DNA of 40,696 nucleotides, taken from positions 1 to 40,696 of the forward strand of contig JAAUUD010000002.1 in NCBI GenBank assembly GCA_012031655.1. Reading direction: 5' to 3'. Each line of letters opens with the position of its first letter. The stretch's first letter is position 1. The notes beneath the pieces are model-generated. The model saw only the letters and a program-made list of their open reading frames with translations. It did not search any database and was not told where the DNA came from. A program made the position numbers and the translations under genes. Positions 9,517-17,725 of this stretch are shown here, in pieces. Source of the DNA: Anaerolineae bacterium (GTDB taxonomy: Bacteria; Chloroflexota; Anaerolineae; Aggregatilineales; J027).

Positions 9517-10453
9517 CTAATGGGTCGGATGGATTGACTCCAGCACCTTTCGGGCTAGCTCAGCTTCTTCTTCCAGGGCCAGTTCCTGCAGAAGGGTGTG
9601 GGCTTCGCGGGCCAGGCGTTCGGTTTCCGCCAGGTTGCCTTGCCCTTGCTGATAGCGCGCTTCGGCAACCAGGGTGCGGGCCATGTCCAGCGGGCTGCCA
9701 TACTCGCGCAGGGTCTCGCGCGCGCGTTGGTAGTGCTGCGAGGCTTCGGCTTGCTGGTCTGGGTCGCTTTCGGCAATATGTGCCTGCGTGATCAGGGTTT
9801 GGCTAAGCAAAAATGCAGCTTGCCGCCACGGGCCAGGGCTTCGCTGGTGCGGGCATATTGCCAGGCGGTGGGGAAGTCGCCCCGTGCACGGGCGATCTCC
9901 GCCAGCCCGTTGTTAACCTCCACCAGATTATCCACGTAATCCCATGGAGTGGCCTGGGACATTTCCAGCACTTCGCGGAAGCACAATTCGGCGTCTTCCA
10001 GATGGCCCAGCGCCAACCACGCCAGGCCCATGTTGGCTACCGAAAGCACCAGGCTGGTGGTGACCTGTTGCTCGTGGGCAACATCCAGTGCAATCTGGTA
10101 GGCGGCCAGCGCCTCGCGGAAGCGCCCCAGATGGCGATAAAGTTCCCCCAGGTTGTTCTGGATGCCACCGTAGATTTGGCGCAGGCTGTGCTGCTGGGCC
10201 AGGCTGGCCCTTGCTGGAGGTAAACTTCGGCATCTGCAAAGTGGCCCAGGCGGTCTTCGACCAGGCCCATCGCATTGAGGACCTGGACAGTCAGCAGAGG
10301 GTCGTTGAGGTCCTGGGCGATGCTTAGGTGATTCCTGAGCGTGGCCATATCGCGGGCGTAGTGCAGTTCGCCACGCTCCATGCGTTCGAAAATATCCATG
10401 CGCAGGCGGCGCATCATTTCTATGAGGGGGTTAGAAGGCGGGGAAGCGCTCAT
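9517..10453 (-). CDS. TPR-repeat protein; frame broken near 10214 and 9822
   Basis: Three minus-strand fragments read through as ...AEVYLQ-ARASLAQQHSLRQIYGGIQNNLGELYRHLGRFREALAAYQIALDVAHE...ALARGG-QAAFLLSQTLITQAHIAESD.... These are typical 34-aa TPR periodicity motifs. Confidence 0.7.
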
Positions 10454-10581
10454 CAGCTATTGTTCCGAGCCAAGCTTGACCAGGGTGCGCCAAAGCATAG
10501 CGCGTCTCGCCCCCGGTGGCAAGCTAAGCTACAATTCTGCTGAAGTCCGCAGGCAAAAAGTTGTAGAGAGGGCACAAAGCC

Positions 10582-11701
10582 ATGCGAATTGGGCTGGCCA
10601 TGAACGCGCTCAAGGGGAGTGTTGAAGCCCTGGCAGCGGTCGCGGCCCTGCAACGGGGCTTCGAGGCCTCACGCCTGGCGTGCACTTGCCTGCCCATGCC
10701 CCTGGCGGATGGTGGCGACGGCACCCTGGCGGTGGTCCTGGCACAGAGCGGCGGAACACCGCAGCAGGTGCCGGTCCAGAATGCGTTGGGAGAGCCGATC
10801 GAAGCCACTTATGCCCTTTTACCGGATGGCCAGACGGCCCTGGTTGAGATGGCCCGGGCTTCTGGATTGGCGCAGCTTGGCGGGCGGCAGGATGTGCTGC
10901 GCGCCAGCAGTGCCGGGACCGGCGAACTCATCCGCGATGCGTTGAACCTTGGGGTACGTCGGGTGGTGCTGGGGGTAGGCGGTAGCGCCACCGTAGATGG
11001 CGGGATGGGCTGCCTGCGCGCCTTGGGCGTCGGCTTTCTGGATGCTGAGGGGCACCCCTTGCCGGAAGGCGGCGGCAGCCTGGATCAACTGGCGCGCATT
11101 GAACCGGTTGCCTTGCCGCCGGGCGTGCAGTTGGAGGTGCTGTGCGACGTCACCAACCCCCCGATTGGGGAACAGGGGGCGGCACGTATCTACGCGCCCC
11201 AGAAAGGCGCCGGTCCTGCGGAAGTCGAACGGTTGGAACACAACCTGGCGCACTATTTTGCTTTGATTGCCCGCACGACCGGCCAGGATGTGCGGGAATT
11301 GCCGGGTGGTGGCGCTGCTGGAGCCATCGCGGGCGGGCTGGCGGCCTTGCTGGGGGCGCAACTGGTGCCGGGCGCGCCCACGCTGATCGAACTGTTGGGG
11401 TATGCGGCGGAGGTGCCCACCTGCGATCTGATCATCACGGGGGAGGGGGCCATTGATGCCCAGACGCAGTTCGGCAAGGCCCCGGCGGCGATTGCTAAGG
11501 TAGCAGAGGCGCACGGTGTTCCGGTGATTGCGCTGGGGGGGCTGTGCCGCCAGGCCGCACCGATGTTTCGCCCTTTGCCGCCGTTTTTCGATTGTGCCGG
11601 GTCCGGTGGCGCTGGCCGAAGCGCTGGCCAGGGGCGAGGAATGGCTAGAAGCCACCGCCTGCCACTTGGGCAATACGCTGGCACTGGCCCGGCAACACTA
11701 A
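10582..11701 (+). CDS. Glycerate kinase; frame broken at G7 (11535-11541) and T5 (11584-11588)
   Basis: MRIGLAMNALKGS, PLADGGDGTL, VVLGVGGSATVDGG and LIITGEGAIDAQTQFGKAP are glycerate kinase motifs. Two -1 corrections give ...ALGGAVPPGRTDVSPFAAVFSIVPGPVALAEALARGEEWLEATACHLGNTLALARQH, ending at the TAA at 11699-11701. Confidence 0.8.
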
Positions 11702-11734
11702 CTTTTCTTACCGCCCTGGAGGAGGGGATGCAGC

Positions 11735-12890
11735 ATGTATGACCTGGACCAGTTACGGCGCACAGAATTTCCGCTAAGCGCCCACGAACTTTACTTCAAC
11801 CATGCGGGGATTTCGCCCATTCCAGAGCGTAGCCGCCAGAAGATGCAGTGGTCGGTGGGGCGGTTGGCAGAAAACCCTTACGCCATTTTCAAGAGGATGG
11901 CATTCCGCTCTTTATGCGCTTTCAGGCAGACTTTGCCGCCTACCTGAACGCTGCCAGCCCAAGCGAGATTCTCCCCATCACCACCACCTCCGCCGGGCTG
12001 AACGCCATCGCCCAGGCGTTGCCGCTGGAGCCGGGCGACAACCTCTGCTTCTGCGAAACCGAATTCCCCTCGAACGCCTATCCCTGGATGAGCCGGGCGC
12101 AGGATGGAATTGAGGTGCGGCAGGTGCCCGCCGTGAACGGCGGGCTGGACCTGACCACTTTGCGCCCGTATGTGGATGAGCGGACCCGGTTGGTCGCTGT
12201 GAGTGCGGTGCAATTCTTCTCAGGGCATCGGGCGGACCTGGCTGCCCTGGGGGCGTTCTGTCGGGAGCGAACATCCTGTTGGCGGTGGATGCGATCCAGG
12301 CTATTGGGCACATGCGCTTGATGTGCAGGCCTGCAGATTGATGTGATGGCTTTGGCGGGCAGAAGTCGCTGCTGGCGCCGCCTGGCATTGGCGCGATGTA
12401 TGTGCGGGCAGCGGTGGCGGAGCGCCTTCTGCCGCGCATGATTGGCCCCAACGCCACGCGCGATTGGCTTTTTTGGCTGGATTATGACCTGACCCCGGCA
12501 GACGGAGCCGAACGCTTTGCCATGGGTACGCCCAATGTTGTGGGGATGTTTGGCGCAGTGGAAAGCCTGGCCTTGCTGCGCGAACTGGACCCCGACCTGA
12601 TCGACCAGCATGTGACCGGCCTGGCGGCGGAGGCTATCGAGGGGCTGGCCGGGCTGGGCTATCACGTCGTCACCCCGCGTGAGGAGCACAGCGGCATCGT
12701 CACCTTCCGCACCGAACGCAGCAAGGAAGACAGCGCGGCCTGGTTGGGGCAGCTCGCAGAGCGCCGGTCCTACCTGGCGCTGCACCTGGATAAAGCCGCC
12801 CTTCCGCACTTGCGTTTATCTTTTCACTGCTATAATACGAGGCAAGAGGTGCATCAATTCCTGAACATGCTCGAAAGGGTGCAATCATGA
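11735..12890 (+). CDS. Class V aminotransferase (cysteine desulfurase / selenocysteine lyase-like), five frame breaks
   Basis: The fragments join as MYDLDQLRRTEFPL..LYFNHAGISPIP..., ...HFQEDGIPLF..ITTTSAGLNAIAQAL..., NILLAVDAIQAIGHM, LDVQAC, IDVM and FGGQKSLLAPPGIGAMYVRA... (the putative PLP lysine is in GGQK). The breaks are near 11880, 12269, 12315, 12335 and 12349, and all are -1. Confidence 0.7.
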
Positions 12891-14210
12891 CCGATAGCCT
12901 CGAGCCAAAAAATGGGCGCCGCCCGCCATGCGCGCCCCGGAAGACACGGGTCTTAACCTGGGGTTGCTCAGCGATCTGGGCATAAAGACCATTTACTTTG
13001 CAGGCTATATCAATGGGCTGGATATTGCGCGGCGCATGGCGTTGCCCTTTACTGGCGTGGTGGATCGCATCATCGACTTCATGAAGCGCGAAAAGTGGAT
13101 TGAGGTGCGCGGGCAGAGCGGGGTGGGCGAGGCGGGTTACGAGTATGTCATCTCGCAGAAGGGTTCTGAAAAGGCGCGCGAAGTGCTGGAGCGCGGCCAG
13201 TACGCCGGGCCTTGTCCGGTCACCTTGCCGCAATACATCTTTGCGATGAAAGCCCAGGCCCGCCAGAAGCACTACGTCAACCGTGACACGATTCAGGAAG
13301 CCGTCGCGGGTTTTAACTTTGAGCAAGAGGTGCTGGACCGCATTGGCCCGGCAGTGAACTCTGGCAAGGCGGTGTTTATGCATGGCCCGCCAGGGAACGG
13401 TAAAACGACCCTGGCGAGCCGGGTCGGGCGCACAGTGCTGGGCCAGGACATCTGGATTCCCTATGCGATTGACGTCGATGGCCAGGTGATTCGCATCTTT
13501 GACAGTGTGAATCACGAGGTGATCGAGCATGGGCAGGACATTAACGAGCGTGCCGGGCAGACGGGGGTTCGGCGTGACCCGCGTTGGGTGCGCATCAAGC
13601 GCCCGATGATCATGGTCGGTGGCGAGTTAACGATGGAAGGGCTAGACCTGGTCTACGACCCCAGCAATAAGTTCTACGAAGCGCCCTTCCAGATGAAGGC
13701 CAACGGCGGCTTGTTCTTTATCGATGACTTTGGCCGCCAGATGATGCGCCCGCAAGACCTGCTGAACCGCTGGATTGTGCCGCTGGAAAGCCGGTTGGAC
13801 TTCCTGACCCTGAACACCGGGCGCAAGATCGAGATTCCGTTTAATGTGATGATCTTCTTTTCGACGAACCTAGACCCCAAACAACTGGTAGACGAAGCCT
13901 TTCTGCGCCGTATTCCCTACAAAATCCACATTGGCGACCCCACCTTCGAGCAGTTTCGCGATATCTTCAAGTTCGTTTGCGCGCAAAGAAGGTCCCCTAT
14001 GATGAGCAAGGGCTGGCCTACCTGTTGCAGGAGTGGTACATCAAGAAGAATCGGCCCCTGCGGGCGGTGCACCCGCGCGACATTCTGGACCAGTTGTTGG
14101 ATATGTCGCGCTATTTGAACAAACCGCCGCAGCTCACCAAAGAATTGCTGGATCATGCTGCCTCGGCCTACTTTGTGGACCTGGGTGCGTACACCGCCGT
14201 AACAAAGTGA
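12887..14210 (+). CDS. Uncharacterised AAA+/P-loop ATPase with a wHTH-like N-terminal domain; frame broken near 13976-13978 and possibly at A6 12907-12912
   Basis: Walker A GPPGNGKTT lies at 13384-13410. A Walker B-like LFFIDDFGRQ lies at about 13711, roughly 107 aa later. Sensor-1-like MIFFSTNLDP and DEAFLRRIPYKIHIGDP follow. The C-terminus continues in ORF 13977..14210 (IFKFV-LRAKKVPYDEQGLAYLL...). The start is either ATG 12887 (an ATGA overlap with the upstream stop, needing a 1-nt fix in the A6 run) or ATG 12928. Confidence 0.75.
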
Positions 14211-14213
14211 GGG

Positions 14214-15173
14214 ATGATGAGTAGCGAAGCCATTCCGCGACACCTGGTGTTTGTGCTGGAGGATGATACGGTCGTCATCCAGCGCGGCGCGGCGCTCGTG
14301 GAAGTGCTCGAAACCCGCGAAACCCGCAGCTTTGGCAGCTTCGATCATCACCATGACATCACCGACGAAGAACTGGCGCTTTTGCAGGGCGAAGGGTTGG
14401 TGCTGCGCTACGACGATGCCACCATCTGGCTACCGGCTAAGGCGCACCGCCTGGCCCAGGACATGGGCAAGGCGCGCTACTACTTTCTGGATACGCGCCT
14501 TTCGGCACCCTACCTGCGCATTGTGCAGAGTTTGCTCGATAGCACGGACCTGCACGCGCAGTACGAAGCGCGGCTATATGGCGATCGGGTGGCGATTATG
14601 GCGAGTGGGGGCGAGCCCTTCAGCAGCTTGCAGGATGCTGAAGCCGCGCAGACCCTCCTGGCGCAAGCCTTGGGTAAGCAATTGGTGGGGTTGGTGGTGG
14701 AGCGGGTCGAAATCGACACAACCCTGCATGATACGCAGCTCAACGCGCCCGCGCGGCGTGTGGACCTCATCTCTACCGGGCCGCTGGTTTCGCTGGCAGA
14801 CCGTACGGTGGTCCTGGTGGAAGACGATGAAGCGCTGGCTGAAGTGCTGGCGCTCACCCTGCGGCGGGCCCAACCGAATGTATTGGTGGCCCACACTGGG
14901 GAAATCGGGCTGGAAATCATCACTGATGAAGAGCCAGACCTGGTGCTGCTGGACCTCAATTTACCGGATATGCACGGCTATGAAGTGATTGCGCGGCTCA
15001 AGAAAGACCCATTGACCGCCCGCACGCCAATCATCGTGATGAGCGGAAATTCGAGTGAAACGGATATGGTGTTTGCGCTGTATGTGGCCAAGGTGGATGA
15101 TTATCTGGTCAAGCCTGTGGAGCCACGCGTAATCCGACGGCGCGTCCTCACTATACTGACACGGCAGACTTAG
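14214..15173 (+). CDS. Response-regulator receiver protein with an unrecognised N-terminal domain of about 190 aa
   Basis: Intact 319-aa ORF starting 3 nt after the ATPase stop. The C-terminal receiver shows VVLVEDDEALAEVL, DLVLLDLNLPDMHGYE, IIVMSGNS and DDYLVKPV. I recognise no output-domain motif in the N-terminal half. Confidence 0.8.
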   Translation: MMSSEAIPRHLVFVLEDDTVVIQRGAALVEVLETRETRSFGSFDHHHDITDEELALLQGEGLVLRYDDATIWLPAKAHRLAQDMGKARYYFLDTRLSAPYLRIVQSLLDSTDLHAQYEARLYGDRVAIMASGGEPFSSLQDAEAAQTLLAQALGKQLVGLVVERVEIDTTLHDTQLNAPARRVDLISTGPLVSLADRTVVLVEDDEALAEVLALTLRRAQPNVLVAHTGEIGLEIITDEEPDLVLLDLNLPDMHGYEVIARLKKDPLTARTPIIVMSGNSSETDMVFALYVAKVDDYLVKPVEPRVIRRRVLTILTRQT

Positions 15174-15199
15174 GACCTGGGGGCAGCAAGCAAGGCAGC

Positions 15200-15808
15200 A
15201 TGGGCATGGTGATGGTGCTTCTCAGTTTGGTAGGGGGCTTGGTGGCAGGGTGGGCGATTCGGCGCCTCTGGATGCGCTGGCAGGCGCAACGGGTCAGCTG
15301 TCGCCCGCAACTCGCCCCGGCCTGGAGCGCCCCGCCCGAAGTTGTGGAAGCCGTCGCGCGGGATTACCTGGCCTTCTACCGCTACGCGAGCCAGCGCTTG
15401 CCGAATGGATGGTTGCCTTATCTGCGCGACCTGCACCTGCACCTGTGTGATGAGATGCTGCGCAACCAGCGCAACCAGCTCGATGAACGCTTGCGGCACG
15501 ACCGAGGACGTGTGGTGGATATCTTGCGTGCGCATCATCGGGTGGAGGTGCGGCACTTTGGCGCCGACCGCCACAGCTGCATCGTGATTGATTATCAAAC
15601 TGACCGCCGTCTGGCCACCTACGATTATTGGAGCGGTGCGCGCTTGCACACCCAGGATATTGGCAACGCGGGCCTGGTGTTCGCAATGCGCTATGATGAC
15701 CACAGCGCCACCTGGAAGATCGCGCGCTACATCCAGACCCTACCCCAGGGTGTGACCCAGGTTAACGGGCTGGATATGCGCGTTTCGGAGCCACTGCGCC
15801 GCGATTAG
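15200..15808 (+). CDS. Hypothetical membrane-anchored protein (one N-terminal TM helix plus a soluble domain of about 170 aa)
   Basis: MGMVMVLLSLVGGLVAGWAI is followed by RRLWMRW. The soluble part has no catalytic motif. An NTF2/Tim44-like fold is only a guess. Confidence 0.55.
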   Translation: MGMVMVLLSLVGGLVAGWAIRRLWMRWQAQRVSCRPQLAPAWSAPPEVVEAVARDYLAFYRYASQRLPNGWLPYLRDLHLHLCDEMLRNQRNQLDERLRHDRGRVVDILRAHHRVEVRHFGADRHSCIVIDYQTDRRLATYDYWSGARLHTQDIGNAGLVFAMRYDDHSATWKIARYIQTLPQGVTQVNGLDMRVSEPLRRD

Positions 15809-15851
15809 CCCAGGCGGGCACTCATTTAATACCCCAGAAGGATAACGCAGG

Positions 15852-16190
15852 ATGTCCTTTGCCCGGCACGGTTCCTACACGTTTAGCTTTGAATGGGACG
15901 AAAACGACTACTACCAGGACAATGTTCAAACGCTCTCGCGGTTGCCCACACCAGATGTGGTGGCCGAAAAAAGCGAAAAAGCCTTCCAGGCCGCCCTTGA
16001 TGCTCTGCAAGCGATAGGCAGCCACCTTGCCCACTCTTTGAACCAACTGGACACACCGCCGCACCAGGCCGAACTGGAGTTTGGGATGCGCCTGGGGGCT
16101 GATGTGGGGGTTATCACCAAGGGCATGAACGAGGCACACTTTAAATTTCGCCTGGTGTGGCAGTTTGAGGACCAGAGCAACCCTCGATAG
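15852..16190 (+). CDS. Small trypco2-like (CU044_2847 family-like) protein
   Basis: 112-aa ORF with a GAAGGA RBS. Its C-terminal half, ...AFQAALDALQAIGSHLAHSLNQLDTPPHQAELEFGMRLGADVGVITKGMNEAHFKFRLVW, fits the remembered trypco2 signature (F..A...v.p.a..v...l..L...PdEv.VEFGLkLsaeaGa.Iak...eAnFKV.LtW). Confidence 0.6.
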   Translation: MSFARHGSYTFSFEWDENDYYQDNVQTLSRLPTPDVVAEKSEKAFQAALDALQAIGSHLAHSLNQLDTPPHQAELEFGMRLGADVGVITKGMNEAHFKFRLVWQFEDQSNPR

Positions 16191-16203
16191 GGGTGGCAGC
16201 AGC

Positions 16204-17592
16204 CTAGCGTTGAGGCGCCAGCGGCAGCGTGATGTAGAAGGTGGCTCCTTCGCCTGGCGCGCTGCTGACCTCAATCTGCCCACCGTGAATCTGGATTATC
16301 TTTTGCGTGATGGCCAACCCCAGCCCCGTGCCGCCACTAGCCATGGACCGCGCCTGGTCTACACGGAAGAAGCGCTCAAAGATGCGCGGTTGATCTTCCT
16401 GGGCGATGCCAATGCCCTCATCTTGAATGGTGATGCAGGCGTTGTTTCCCTGGATGACCAGGGAGAGGGTAACCGTGGTGTGGGGCAGAGAGTAGCGGCT
16501 GGCGTTGTGCAGGATGTTCAGGATGGCCCGCGCCAGATGGTTGGAATGCCCCAGGATGAGCGCCGGTGCCCCAGGCAGGCGAACCTGCAAACGCTGCTGG
16601 CGCTCCTGCAGGGTTAATGAGATATCCTCTGCCAGATTGCCGAGCAACTCGCTCAGTTGGAGTGGCTGGAGGGTGAGCGTTTGCGCCTGGTCCAGGGCAG
16701 ACATATCCAGCAGGCTTTCCACCAAAGTTTGCATGTGCTGCGCTAGCCCGTCCAGCTTGCTTAGGTAGCGCTCCCGTTCCGAGGCCGTTTTGGCATGGCG
16801 CAACAGGTAGAGGCTGGATTGTAAATTGGTAATCGGCGTGCGCAGGTCGTGCGAAGCATCGCCCACAAACTGCTCCAACATGGTCACGCGGGCGCGTTCC
16901 ACCCCCAGCGCAATTTGCCGGGCCTGGGCCTGCTGGAGCTGTTGATGCACCTGCTGAAGCTCATCCAGGCTGGTTCGCAGGTAGCCCTGAAGGCGCTCTT
17001 CGTAGGCCAGCAAGTCCGTGGTAAAGCGACTGATGAGGGCCGGATTGGGCGCGCTGGGCGGAAAGCGCCGCCGTGCAGCCTGGAATTGCGCCAGCGTCTC
17101 TGGGCGATACGCGGCAATCACGCCTTCCAGAATATCGAGCACGGGGAGAATTTGCTCTGGTTGAAAAGTGAGCAGGGTAGAAAACTGGCGGAGGCTTTCT
17201 TCTGGGGCGGGGGCCAGGTTATCTTGCCCGCACAGCAAAACCGAGAACTCACCGCACAGGATGATGACAAACCATTCCTGGCGTAGCGGGTCGCCTTCGG
17301 CCAGTGGGATAAAGAGCTGGCTGGCTGGTCCATCCTGGGGGAGGGGGCGGCCTGCAAACACACAAACCTGATGCGCGATTTCCGCCAGGGCGCGGTAGCG
17401 TTCGGTTTCTTTGCGCCAATGCGAGGACTCTTGAAAGCCTGTGAGCAGCAGGGCAGGCAGTTTTTGGCGCAGAACCAGGTCTTCCAGCGTGTGGGAGATA
17501 TGGACCAGGGTTGCTTTGCTACAGGTGATCAACGACAACTGATCAGCAAATCGCTGTTGTAGCAGGTGAAATAAAGAAGTCGTGAGTATCAT
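16204..17592 (-). CDS. Soluble sensor histidine kinase with an N-terminal DICT domain
   Basis: The DICT-like region reads SLFHLLQQRF..KATLVHISHTLEDLVLRQKLPALLLTGFQESSHWRKETERYRALAEIAHQVCVFAG. The H-box is SHDLRTPIT, the N-box HNASRYS, G1 DEGIGI and G2 GTGLGLAI. No TM segment. The ATG at 17592 is preferred; the TTG at 17649 is the alternative. Confidence 0.85.
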   Translation of the reverse strand: MILTTSLFHLLQQRFADQLSLITCSKATLVHISHTLEDLVLRQKLPALLLTGFQESSHWRKETERYRALAEIAHQVCVFAGRPLPQDGPASQLFIPLAEGDPLRQEWFVIILCGEFSVLLCGQDNLAPAPEESLRQFSTLLTFQPEQILPVLDILEGVIAAYRPETLAQFQAARRRFPPSAPNPALISRFTTDLLAYEERLQGYLRTSLDELQQVHQQLQQAQARQIALGVERARVTMLEQFVGDASHDLRTPITNLQSSLYLLRHAKTASERERYLSKLDGLAQHMQTLVESLLDMSALDQAQTLTLQPLQLSELLGNLAEDISLTLQERQQRLQVRLPGAPALILGHSNHLARAILNILHNASRYSLPHTTVTLSLVIQGNNACITIQDEGIGIAQEDQPRIFERFFRVDQARSMASGGTGLGLAITQKIIQIHGGQIEVSSAPGEGATFYITLPLAPQR

Positions 17593-17652
17593 TCCTAAAG
17601 CATCTTTCCTGATGAGTTCTCCCCAATTGATTATCCAGGGTATCTCCAACAG

Positions 17653-17695
17653 AAATCAACGCCTGGCCCGCGTGATACAACCTAGGCGTTGATTT
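17653..17695 (-). terminator. Hairpin between flotillin and the kinase gene (possible partial terminator or processing site)
   Basis: An 11-bp perfect stem pairs AAATCAACGCC (17653-17663) with GGCGTTGATTT (17685-17695) around a 21-nt loop. The U-tract is weak on the minus strand. Confidence 0.3.
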
Positions 17696-17725
17696 TCTTA
17701 TCGCAAATTAATCTTTCGAGGCGAT

